A DNA stretch of 64,000 bases from Vezdaea acicularis (lineage: Eukaryota). Where the stretch lies: contig JAPEUI010000042.1 of the NCBI GenBank assembly GCA_026025075.1, forward strand, positions 1-64,000, read 5' to 3'. Below, piece by piece: positions 40,010-51,307 of the stretch. The notes beneath the pieces are model-generated. The model saw only the letters and a list, made by a program, of their open reading frames with translations. It was not told where the DNA came from and did no database searches. The position numbers were made by a program, and so were the translations under genes. Each line of letters starts with the position of its first letter. The first letter of the stretch is position 1.

Positions 40010-41360
40010 TTGGTACGGTGCAGTACGGTGCGGTACGGTGCGGTATGGGGTTTGGGGGAATGGTTGGGTTACTTCTTTGGTGTTTTACTCGTTTTACGCG
40101 TTTTACTCGTTTGGAGGATGCTGGGGTGGAAAAAAGGGGGGGGAAGGGGGAAAGGAAAGGGAAAAAGAAGGAGGATGGAGAGGGAAAAGGAGGTGGTGGG
40201 TGGGATTGATCTCTCTTTTTCTCTCTGCGAGCAGCGGGGTGCAGTACGGACTCGTACGGCGAGGCGAGGCTAGGTACTTGACTAGCGGTGGTGTTGGGGA
40301 ATCGTATCGAATTGAAATGTGAAATCCTGACCTTCATCTCTCTCCCTCTCTCCCTTCTTCATATCTCCCTCCCTCCCTCCCTCCTTCTTTCCCCCCAGAA
40401 TCATCCCTCCCACTCATCCCCCTCTAAACTCATCCATCTCACCCCCCCCCCCCCTCCGTAAACCCCCTAAATCTAGTTCACTTCAAGAAGAGGACCCTTC
40501 TGTCCCATCCCCCCTTTCCTCCACCCCCGCATACATCCAAGCATAAAGAGCGAATCATCCATGATGCCATCTCCCACCCTCCCACCTCTGTCGTGGATGG
40601 ATTCGGGGGGACGGTGTGTGGGCTGTGCGTTGGTTGGGCTAGGTTGGGTTAGGTTGGGTCCAAGTCGGGTCCAAGTCGGGTCCAAAATGCGGTGTCTGGG
40701 GGAGAGTGGGGGAGAGTGGATACTACGCCTTTGGATTATGGATGGGGTCTGGCTTGGTTCTGGATTTGTATCTCTTGATGCCTTTCTCTCTCTCTCACAC
40801 TTTGGTTCGTTACGTTCGGGACGGACGAGAGGTGGATGGAGGGACAGATGGAGGGATAGATGGAGGGAGAGATGGAGGGAGAGATGGAGGAGGAGTGGGA
40901 GGGAGGGATAGATGGAGGGATAGATGGAGGAGGAGTGGGAGGGAGGGAGCGAAGGAGGGGAGGGAGGGAGGGAGAGAAGGAGGGCGTGAGAAGGGAGGAA
41001 GAGGGGGAGACAGGTAGAGCGGTGAAGGGGAAGTAAGGGAGGTAGAAAGCGTGGTAGAGAGGGAGGTATAGAGGGTGGTATAGAGAGAGATATAAAACAC
41101 ATGAGACCACCAAATTCAGGCGAGGGCACAAGCCAAGGTAAAATCCATCCATCAATAGATTAAATTCCCAGCCAGCCCGCCGACCGTCTCGAACGGGCAG
41201 CGTGCGAGCGTACGTGTGAAATGTACAATACATACAAAGGTCCCATATGCACATCCATATCCATATCCCAAGCACGATTCCCAAGCACAATTCCAATTCC
41301 AAGTCCATTACCATTCCATATCTCGATCCGAAGTCCCATTACAAAATTCCAATTTCCGAT
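40010..41360. repeat. Low-complexity purine/pyrimidine-skewed region with several short tandem repeats
   Basis: (gtacggtgc[ag])n at 40012; (ttttac.cg)n at 40083; (gggtccaagtc)n at 40657; 12-bp (gatggaggga.a)n at 40834-40930; poly-C at 40442. Confidence 0.85.
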
Positions 41361-41892
41361 CCCGATCACAACCACCAATTCAGCCAGACCAGATTAAATA
41401 CAACCCCCAAGGCCCATGAATAGGGCAAGACACTACGTCTCCTCTTTGACGAAACAGAAGAGGGAAGAGAAAAGGTGGACATTGGGGGGAAGGGCGCTAT
41501 GAGCGCTACCGACACAGCCCCTGCTGTTCTTGATTGACAGCGGGATGAGGGGCGGTGCTACTGGGAAGTAGCCGCGCAACGATATAGACGGAGCGAGCCG
41601 TGTGAGAAGAGAAGCAGGACAAAAAGTGAAAGCATGCAGAAGAGTAAAAAACCGCCGGAGATCTCTAGAGAGGATCAGAAGCCCCGTGAGGGACAGGTGA
41701 GAAAACAAAATCAAAGGACTAATTCCACCGCTTGCCAGAAGACAAGTGACGCCTGCCGGAAAAATCAAAGCAAGGAACCCTGCACCATCATGAAGAAAAA
41801 GGAAGTTGAGTGAGAAAAGGGAGAGAAGAAGAGGAGGGAAGACAGAAAGGAAAAAGGACAAAGTCCTTCCCACGGCGTCGTCACAACAACAC

Positions 41893-44800
41893 TTACCCAG
41901 AACCCATATCCATCTCCATCTCCCTCGTTGCATTCCCCTTCTCCCCACCAACACCCATGCCCATACCGGCCATGGCTGCCTTTGCCAAATCCCTCGCTTT
42001 CATGACGTGCTCTCGCTCCCTTTTCCTCTCCACCTCCCGCTCCCTCGCCCGCCTCACCTCCCAATCTTCCTGCTCCATCCTCGCCCTCCGTGCCTCTTCC
42101 TCCCACCTCCTGATCCCCATGTGCTCCTTCTGCCGCCGCGTCTGCTCCGCCAAGTTATCAAGCGAGGGGAACTCCTCTGTCGACGCGCTTTTCTCTTCAG
42201 GGGATAATTGTGTGCTAGCTTGGGCCGACTGAAAGTATTGGTGGTTACTATTGTTGTTATTGGGGGCGGCGGTAGAGGCAGTAGCGGCGGCGGTGTGAAC
42301 GCTATTGGTAGCGGCAGTGTTGATGTTGTTGGTGGGGACGTTGTTGAAATGGTGGCGTGAGGGTTGCGGCTCGGGGTGGCCGTGCGGATGGCCACCACGG
42401 TCAGGCTCGTGCTCTGGCGTCGCGCTACCAGACTTGTCCGTCTCGACAGTCGCAGGCTGCGGGGCTGTTCCCTGCGGTTCTGGCAGCCAGTGGAACGTCT
42501 GAGGCCTGGGCAATTTGGCTGATGCAGCGCCGTTGCGGTAGGGCTGCTCTTCCACCGGCTCGCGTTGGTTGTTCTCTTGCGCAGAACTATTGCCAAAGAG
42601 CGCTTGGGCAGAGGGATTCCGTGGAGGCGCGGCCGGCTGGGCTGCGGGGGATACGCCACCGGAAGCCGGGTTGTTGTCGACCGTCGTGTTGTTCCAGACG
42701 TTACCTGGTCGGGAAGGTGTGGTTGACGCCTCTTGGAAGGCGGAGACATCGACAGGAGCGAAGCCGTCCATACCTTCTCGCTGTTTTCGCAGTCGAGCGT
42801 TCACAGAGCGCATGTCCGGAGTGCCTTTCTTCGTGATCTTGATACCGTTCATATCAACGCCTCCCGCACCGGAGGCGCCACGACCGTTGGCTTGATTAGG
42901 TCCGGTGGGCGTGCTATCGCGTCGCGAGCCACCCTGACCCATGGCGAAATGAGACTTGCGGCCACGAAGGCTTCGGAGGTCGGGAGCGCCATTCTTGCGA
43001 AGTTTGACGCCATTGGCATCACGCATGATGCGGTTGGGGGTTACGGCGGGAGAGGCTCCTTCTGATTTTACGCCTGAAGACGGAGTCTCGAGAGGCAGTG
43101 CATTTGGAGCTGTGGGAGGGCTAGGAGCGGGCGGGTTTGAAACTTCGACCGGCTCAGGAGGAGCATGGCGAGCAGAGTGTCTTGCGGATGAGGGCTCAGC
43201 AGACTTCTCCGCATCAGCAACGCCTTCCACTTGTCCATTCATCGCCCCAGGCTCTTCCCATTCAGGCGTACTCAAACGCGACAGATTGGTAGAAACGCGA
43301 CTCCCACGCCCACGTCCGCCTCGGGCTCCTCTAGAGCCACGCCGTCCACCACGGCTGCCTCTACCACGTCCACGGCTGCGTGTCCCGCGGGCGGTTGTAG
43401 CATCATTTATCGGTTGGCCAGGGCGGTAGTCGTCATCCTCCGAGTCGTCCGCCGGTGCAACGGCAGTATTGTAAAAGTACTGCGACGGGTTTGAACGTGG
43501 GGTTGATTGTGTGGCATTGCCCCTTGTTCTGGAGAAGATGCCGCCACCCCCTGTCCATTTCCTCGCTCCGGGTAGATCATCGCTTTCCGTCTCCTCCGTC
43601 TCGTGATAAATGGTAGTTGAGCCTGTTGAATGTCGAGTTGCTAGAGCAGGACGAGCAAACGCAGATCCAGTAGAGTTAGATCGTGACGCTTCGTTGAGCC
43701 GCGGGCGTTTCCAGCTTGGGAGGCTTTCTGGATTACGATATTCTTGATCCAATGTTTCGTTTCTGGGCCCTATTCCACTGGGAGGGGACATGTTGGAAGC
43801 TTTACGCTTTTCCGCCTGTCTGGATGAGATATAATCTTCACGGTCAAGATCGTGCAGCAGACTCTCAATATTTGCCGAGTCAGCAACTAATTTGGCAAGC
43901 CGAGTTCGAGATCCAGAAGCGCTTCCATTCTTCTGAGGTGGGTTGCTCGGTTTCCGAGCCATTTGTATCGAGACTTTGCTAGGAAGTGTGTTCTTGCTAG
44001 GGAGCTCTTCAACTGCCCGTTCGGCTTCAGCGGCAGTTTCCAGCACTACAAGGGCATAGCCGGCAGGAAAGTTGGTGTCCGGATTCACCGGTAATTCGAC
44101 AGACTCACTAGAGGAGATGTCAGAGATGTCATTCAGCACCTTTCGGGAAAATTGATTCCCCGAATGTCAAGAGTCAAGATGACTGCCTACTCACATATTG
44201 TAACCTTCGAAAAAGTCTCTCAGCTCCTGCTCACCGATTGAGTTGTAGAGGTTCCCGACATAGAGTCGTCGCAAAACCTCGTCCTCTTTGACCGACGGTC
44301 GACGCTGAGGTGTATCACCTGACAAGGTTTGACTTGACTGAGTGTTTTGCACCTGGGTCTCAACCCGCTTCAATCGCTGTTTGATCAACTCCACCTGAGT
44401 CTTGACCCCATCAACTTCATTTGCTTTCTTGCTAACGGACTCAAGGTTATCACAGAGGAGCTCTATCTCCTCCACAGAGAATGTTACAACCTGCTCAGGC
44501 GCTTGAGCTCTAGCATGCTTTTCCTCCTGAATAGATTGAAAATTGGCCTGAAGATTGGCAATTTCGCCGATGAGCTTTTCGAACTTTGCGTCATGTTCTT
44601 CGATCTTGCCACTATGTTCTTCGACCTTGCCACTATGTTCTTCAATCTTGCCGCTATGTTCTTCGATCTTGCCGTCATGTTCTTCGATCTTATCATCCTG
44701 TTCTTCGGTCTTGTCATCACGATTTTTGATCTTGTACAATGCCTCCTTCTTAAATACCTCGAGTTCTCGAATCTTTTCAGACAGTCTATTAATTTCTTCG

Positions 44801-45502
44801 ATCTTGTCATCATGGTTTTTGATCTTATACAATGCCTCCTCTTTAAATTCTTCGAGTTCTCGAATCTTTTCAGACATTCCATCTATTGTTTCTTCCTGAT
44901 TCTTGATTACGCTAGCAGAGTGCACAGCAAAATCTTTCAGTTGGTCTATTGTCGTTTTATTGGTGTCATTGGTTATTACAGGGCTCTGGTGTGAGGAGTG
45001 GTCGATCGGATATTGGCCATCTTGCGATTCTTGCAAGGACTGCCGACGCAGTGAAGTTTGTGATTCACGTCGGCCATGATGTGTGGGTGTCTGGCGACTT
45101 GAGTGATTGTTGAGGGATGGGGATAGAACATAATCGTAGTCCCGATCTATATTAACATTGTCGGCGTGCTTGTTAGAACTAATTGAAGATCAAATAATCA
45201 GTCTATTTGATTCTTCTCCGACATTCAGGCTATCATCAAACAGGCTGAAGCATTTGAAAATGCGAATGGCTCAAAATTGGTCATACTACGATGAATGGTG
45301 ACAACTTCATGAAAGCCTTCAAGAAATTGTACACTTACTTTGCCGAGACTGAGTTAATAGATGCAGCGGCAAGAAATCTCTCCTTTAGCTTCGCAGATGG
45401 CGAAGGAAGCTCGCTCGAGTGTTGCCGTGGCATCATCTTCTGAGTGTGGGCTGTGGTATCGCCATTGGTAAGAGGGCGGTTATATTGTGGTGAGTCTGCC
45501 AT
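41893..45502 (-). CDS. Large putative nuclear protein: coiled coil, RRM, RGG-like/disordered region, two KxGxPDxRS motifs, charged C-terminal helix
   Basis: 281-aa and 748-aa ORFs joined in frame by intron 44108-44194 (AT|GTGAGT...CTGAC..CTAG|T); candidate first exon from ATG 45502 ending AA|GTAAGT; 5' exon structure uncertain. Confidence 0.75.
44575..44880 (-). repeat. Intragenic repeats: 93-bp duplication followed by 21-bp heptad repeats
   Basis: SEKIRELE.FK.EALYKIKN.DDK twice, then DDKIEEH/DGKIEEH/SGKIEEH/SGKVEEH/SGKIEEH. Confidence 0.88.
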
Positions 45503-46428
45503 GATAGACATGGGCTGCTGTCAGGGAAACGCGACGAGTCGAGTTTGTCTCGTGCAGAGAAGGGTTTTCACCGGTCATACATGGTACATTTGAAGAAGGG
45601 AAACCTGCACTCTTTCAAGTCATAAAAGAAACATGGAAGGGATCCGAGCAGATGGCCGGTGCAAAGACTAGATTAGGATGGGAGGAGAATGCGTGGAAGA
45701 AAGATGGGTGGTATGAGCATTTGACTTTTGGCTCTTCTGGCCGAAACTTTGTAACGGTCAACAGCGGCCAACCCTGGCCCAGGATCGCCTTCCACATTGC
45801 CTTTGATTGAACCGCGCTAGCGATTGTAGGCACCTGCATTAATTGTGTTCAAGAAGAAGCTCGGGGATCCAGCCACTGAGAAGAGATCTCGCTAACGCCC
45901 AAAAAATTGGCTTGTGGGCTTCGCCTTCGTGCTACTTGGGGTGTGTCGCAGATATGCTAATTAAATGGGAAAGTGCAAAAGAGTTTTTTCCACTTGTCAG
46001 CCTTCCCATGGTTCCGCTGCGACGTGTCAGACAATGAGACTTCGGCCATTGCGCGCTCACTCATGCGTCCAAGGTATCCCTCGTCACTCGTCGCACAGCT
46101 CTTGATTCTATGATGATTCCTCTTATTTCTCTCAACTCGTGCGGGTATACACATCTTTATTTTAGACGGGTGTGGCAATGATTACTCGCACCTATTCCCG
46201 GTAGTTGAAATCTGAATGGTAATAGGCTTGATTTCCTGTTCTACGCTGCATCGCCTGCTGCAATTACGTCAATGGATTCTATTCGGTAAACTTTCAATTA
46301 TGGATAGAGTTTACGCTTCCAAACACAACTTTTACTTGGCTTGGCCATTCATGAAACCAATTCTCTCTCAAGTCTCACGGAGGTAACAATCGCTCCTTCG
46401 CTTTTACAGCCCAGTCCTCAGTCTAGTC

Positions 46429-46875
46429 ATGGAAGCTCAGCCACCAAGTGATACGGTTGCCAAAAACCCAGGCATCGCCGTTCCAAACGACTCACGAACT
46501 AAGACAACCGAAGGATCTCCTCCACCTACTAGCTACACACTCGGTCCTGACAGCAACAGTGACGCAAAACCCACTCCAAGTGCACTCGGGTCAGGTTCCG
46601 ATAAGCCAGATAAACCCGACCTCGGCGATCCGGCAGACGATTTGGATGGCGAGCAGATGAGGGCACCAGGAGAAGGAGATGTCATGAGAGCGCAGCAGTC
46701 AAAGACAGGAATGGGCGAGCAAGAAGAGATCGGTGGTGACTTAGACAGGAAGAAGATTGAACAGCAAGGGAAGAGGCAATCCATCCAAGATCAGAGGCAA
46801 CATGGAGTGGATGTTGACGGTGACACGAATCGTAGCGGTCCAGCAGCGGTTGAAGGTGGTGTCTCTGATGTTTGA
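46429..46875 (+). CDS. Small hydrophilic conserved fungal hypothetical protein
   Basis: Intronless ORF with good ATG context; motif GEQMRAPGEGDV..GEQE....DLDRKK.EQ; very hydrophilic. Confidence 0.75.
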   Translation: MEAQPPSDTVAKNPGIAVPNDSRTKTTEGSPPPTSYTLGPDSNSDAKPTPSALGSGSDKPDKPDLGDPADDLDGEQMRAPGEGDVMRAQQSKTGMGEQEEIGGDLDRKKIEQQGKRQSIQDQRQHGVDVDGDTNRSGPAAVEGGVSDV

Positions 46876-47146
46876 TCTATGACCGCTCAACTCCAGGAGC
46901 AAATGGCTTGAACTGTCCGAGCATAATCAGATATCCTTATTGGCAAAGAACTCGTTTCACGCCGCCATCGCCTCATTAAGAGCAACAGTGCGCCCTGCTA
47001 TTCATTTTTCAGCTTGAGACATTGAGCTGAGCTTGCATTTTTCTATGCCAGGATTTCAACTTACAATTTCCTTGCTACCCTACGTCGAGCCTTTCCACCT
47101 ACCCATGAGCACTCATCGAGCAGGTTGCTCTAGCCAAAAAGCCCAA

Positions 47147-47867
47147 CTAGTCCTGCATCTCCATGTCTTCTGGCGGCGAAGAAAGCGCTGAGGCAGATGA
47201 GAAGCGCCGCTCCGCTGACGGCCCTCGACCACTTTTGAGAACAAATTCAGTCCATTCATGCACATGGTCGATTGGACCACTTCCTTCGATTTTGATAAAC
47301 TTGGGCTCGGCGTTCTCTCCTAGCACTGTGCCTTGAAACCTCGCGTCAAGGTCGTCTGCTTTACCGCCAGCGTTCTTCTTTTTCAGTGCTAGAGTGACGT
47401 GGTCAGTACTATGTAGATCATCTGGAGCATATAGGCGTACTTGTCAAGAAGTCATCCGCCGCGCCCAGGCCTCCGACCTCTACTTGAGCGCCTTCCTTCG
47501 CCATACCAGCCATCCTTCTAATCTCTCTGTTACCATCGCCTTTGCACCAATCCAAAAACGCCTGGATTCCCCTCGCATCTTCGTTGTAAGCGGCTTCATT
47601 TGATGTCGTCAATGTCGGCAGGAGAGCTCCAATTTCTTCCATTGCCATACGGACATCTTCGATTGCTATTCCAAGATTGTTGTGATTATTGGCGCTGAAT
47701 TTCTGAGTTGCCGTCGCAAGTTTCAATAGGTAGCGCACAGCAAGGTCCACCAACGCATCCAATACCTGGGGCCGAGTGCTTTGGTAGCCCGCAGCGCGAA
47801 GAATGTGCAATATGCTCGGTCGAAGGAGCTGGAAATGAAGCGCGTCGGCTGAAGTCCGAATATTCAT
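47147..47867 (-). CDS. TAF3: Bromodomain-associated (BTP) histone-fold protein, TAF3-like
   Basis: LHFQLLRPSILHILRAAGYQSTRPQVLDALVDLAVRYL..IEDVRMAME..IRRMAG; intron near 47390-47440; exon 2 LKKK..RFQGTVLG..IKIEG. Confidence 0.82.
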
Positions 47868-48144
47868 ATTTGAGGAAGTGAATGGGCCCTATGGACCACA
47901 CATAAGAGAATAGTCGTGATTGAAATCTTGAAATATCATCGTGGTGCTCAGCTGACAGACAAGGAACCTCTGCTTTGTTCCAATCCATGCATCGAACTGA
48001 AGGAGTCGCAACACTTTCCTCCGCATGTGGGAGTTCGCGCTTCGCTAACTTTTACTTTTTGGGCTTCGCTCCACCTTCACCTCTACTCATCACATTGATT
48101 TCTTTGTCACTCTTTGAGCCTTAGAACCACATCAACCCCTCATC

Positions 48145-49533
48145 ATGTCGAGTCAAAAGCCAGCCCTCAAGCTGCGGCTTAACACGAGTTCCAGCATTGG
48201 TACTGTTGATTCACCGGTCGAAACCAGTACGCCCAAGATCAAACTCAAGATCAAGTCGTCTCAGCCACCTACGCCCTCAGAAGCTCCCAAAATCCTGAAG
48301 AAGCCTGGTCGAAAGCCAGCTGCAAATGGCACGCCTAGTTCCTCTGTAAGCAAGAAGCGGGCAATCATATCAGAGCCATCCGCAGAAGCCAACCCGATCA
48401 AAAAGCTCAAATTGACCACGAAACAATCGCCTCTCACGCCCCGCATCAAGACGAAACTTCGAGGTCATCCACCCCCTAGGATGTTGGGTGTTGGCTATGA
48501 CTCTGAGGCGGATGATATAGAGGAAGATCCAGCCATTGAGGAGGACTTCATACTACGAATGGAACCAGGAGATGACTGCGAATACATTCGCAAAGCTATA
48601 AACGAAGGCAGGATTGGGCTGCCAATAAGTAAGGGCGGTCCTTCTTTGTCTATTACGCCTCTTACACACGATGGACGGAGGGCATTGGTAGACGTCAGAG
48701 GCAAGCTATATGGGGCAACGCTGGTCGATCTGCCTTGCATAGTTGAGGGCATGAAAAGTTGGGACAAGAAGTCGTGGATGAAGAGTGTAGATATTTGTCA
48801 AATGCTACTCGTTATTGGCAGAGTAAAGAATGCTTCGGAAGCACAAACTATACCCCTCCCACAGGGCGTCGACCCTAAAACCTTTCAATACGCTCACGGC
48901 CTCACCCCACCAATGAGATGGGCAAGACAGCGGCGGTTTCGAAAGCGCGTGTCAAATCGTGTGATTGAAGAAGTTGAGGAAGAAGTTGAAAGGCTTTTGA
49001 CTGCGGATCAAGATTGTGAAGCGTCGACTTACGACATTGTGGACCTAGATCGCATGACTCGAGAGAACAGCGCTTATGAGGACGAAGATAGCGACGAAGA
49101 CGCTGAGGGCGAGGATGAGATCGAGGAAGATGACTTATTCGATGAGGCTGAGCTCGAAGCCCAGCTTGATAAAGCAATGAAAGAGCACGGCCAAGAAAGT
49201 GCTCTCACTACCCCAGCAGCTGATGTAAATGGACCAAACCCCTCCGTCGTTGCCACGCCCTCTGCAGCAGCCGACACTGGCGATGATTCTTCTGGCGACG
49301 AAGAGGAGGAGGAAGAGGAAGAAGAGTTGGATGAAGAAACTTTGGCGAAGCAGAGAGAAGAGCAGAGGTTGAGGGACGAGATTAAGGACTTGGAGAATAA
49401 TCTTGAAGACTTCCTCAAGATGCATGCGTCGATGACAAATGTTATTCTAAGGATGAAGCAAGAGGACCGAATTAGAGGGCTCAGGCAGGAACTGGAGCTG
49501 AAAAGGGCCGCCCTTGGTGAACAAGCGGAGTAA
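48145..49533 (+). CDS. TAF7: TFIID subunit 7 (TAFII55_N domain)
   Basis: GYDSEADDIEEDPAIEEDFILRM, ATLVDLPCIVEGMKSWDKK, DICQMLLV, HGLTPPMRWARQRRFRKR, C-terminal coiled coil. Confidence 0.95.
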   Translation: MSSQKPALKLRLNTSSSIGTVDSPVETSTPKIKLKIKSSQPPTPSEAPKILKKPGRKPAANGTPSSSVSKKRAIISEPSAEANPIKKLKLTTKQSPLTPRIKTKLRGHPPPRMLGVGYDSEADDIEEDPAIEEDFILRMEPGDDCEYIRKAINEGRIGLPISKGGPSLSITPLTHDGRRALVDVRGKLYGATLVDLPCIVEGMKSWDKKSWMKSVDICQMLLVIGRVKNASEAQTIPLPQGVDPKTFQYAHGLTPPMRWARQRRFRKRVSNRVIEEVEEEVERLLTADQDCEASTYDIVDLDRMTRENSAYEDEDSDEDAEGEDEIEEDDLFDEAELEAQLDKAMKEHGQESALTTPAADVNGPNPSVVATPSAAADTGDDSSGDEEEEEEEEELDEETLAKQREEQRLRDEIKDLENNLEDFLKMHASMTNVILRMKQEDRIRGLRQELELKRAALGEQAE

Positions 49534-49768
49534 TGTTATAGGATACCCCTCATCTGCATTGTACTTCTACTTTGTAAGCTACTGCATATGTCAGTAGGGC
49601 ATACCTTATCAATCAATGCTAAAACGCACACACCTTCACAGCCTTTCAATTAATGCATGCATAGTGGCAGCCGGCACCTTACTTCGCAGCGTGAACTGGC
49701 AATTACAGTCCTTCAGAACGCCGATACCATCGACACCGTACAAGGGTCAATCGGGGCGATTGTCTTTC

Positions 49769-50581
49769 TTATTTTCCACCTTTACTCCGCGTAGCCGTTG
49801 CTTCATTATCGCCTTTCTTAGCCTTAGCCTTGCCAATTCCCACATTCATCTCAGTTATGCTCATTGGCGCTGCTATCACTGCCACGGGAGGTCTCTCCTG
49901 CTGTCTAAGTGTATTATTGTTCTCCAAGGAGCCCTGACTTGGTCGATTCTGCTGCTCTGCATGCAACTTATCTAGTGATTCACCAATTACATGATATTTG
50001 GCCCAATTTACGGGCGGACAACGGACAATGTTTTGGGGTAGGGGTATTGGTGGGAATGATGTCCTTGCAGGATCTTCATCGTCTTCAAAGTCCTCTTCCG
50101 CACGCACAGAGTCTGAATCATCTTTTCCCTCCTCTTCTGACTCTGTTTCTTCCTCTCCGTCCTCATTATCCTGTTCTGGCGTTGGCTTGAAACGCTTTGC
50201 AGGTCGGACGTCCCCCAGCACAGCTCCGAGCACTTCGCCGCTTCCTCCTCCGCTTTTAATCCGCCCTGCTCTTAATGCTTTCCCGAAGCTCTTCGGACTG
50301 GCTGTGGCCTTCGTCTTCAGATCTGACAAGGTTTGGATATCCGCTTCGGCCTGCCGGCGCTGGAGTTCCAGAATGGATATTGCTGAGCGTAGAGCTATTG
50401 CGTCTGTGTTGTCGTTAAGCGCAACTGGTACCGCGGTTGCTGTCAATCCATTCGCGGAGGATTGCGGATTTGAGGTCGTTGTTGCGGGAGGACCCGCATG
50501 GCTCCCAGTGCTTGGCATGGACGCTGGACTTCTAGGTGTAGATGCAGTACGATCGTCTGTAGATAATAGCAGACCAGGCAT
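49769..50581 (-). CDS. Conserved fungal protein with a ZZZ3/Ahc2-like helical region
   Basis: NTDAIALRSAISILELQRRQAEADIQTL..K..A..P..F and IPLPQNIVRCPPVNWAKY; first ATG at 50581. Confidence 0.75.
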   Translation of the reverse strand: MPGLLLSTDDRTASTPRSPASMPSTGSHAGPPATTTSNPQSSANGLTATAVPVALNDNTDAIALRSAISILELQRRQAEADIQTLSDLKTKATASPKSFGKALRAGRIKSGGGSGEVLGAVLGDVRPAKRFKPTPEQDNEDGEEETESEEEGKDDSDSVRAEEDFEDDEDPARTSFPPIPLPQNIVRCPPVNWAKYHVIGESLDKLHAEQQNRPSQGSLENNNTLRQQERPPVAVIAAPMSITEMNVGIGKAKAKKGDNEATATRSKGGK

Positions 50582-51307
50582 GCTTGTATGATATATTCCC
50601 AAGATCGACTGAGGTCCAACCAGGAAAATCGGAAATCTCACAGCCAATCAGATTAAGCCAGGCTCGATTGTCGGGTTAACGTTGATCCGTTCATTCCATC
50701 GGTCCCTGAAAACGCGAACTATGCTTGGTAACATACTCTTAAATGCATGATATCTGCCCCAATTGAGCTCTGAGAACATTTTTCTCATCCGCCTTGATCA
50801 ATTTGTCAAGTCTATAGATGTAATTGCCCAATTTTTTGAAGGCGCTATGGGCATAAAGGCACGGACAAAGAATGCGCCCTACTTTTCAAAGTAAAACCCA
50901 AGCAATTTTTGTCCAAAGGAAACAGTACTCGTCACCGCACGCGTGCTTTAGGGGTGACGGAACCGCGTCAAACTTGAAGTTAAGAAGTTCAATGAAATAT
51001 TAAGAGCCTCAGGCTTTTATATAAACAAAACCACAGCACCCTACTAGTCATTGCTTGTATATGTAAGGGGCAAGTCGCAATACCATCCTATTTCGGCATC
51101 CTGAGAGAATCACGAGGGACGCTCGTGTAGGCACTCAAAATATGTTTACGGGTTGAGTGTTTGCGCCAGATACGTCTCTTGAGTCGTGGGCTCACGTTCC
51201 TGCGGGCCCCAAGTTGCCTGCTCTCAAATTTCACCTGAGCGCAGTCCAAGACCTGAGGAGGCTTTTTGCGAATAGATACCTACAAGTGACTACTCACGGC
51301 AACAAAG

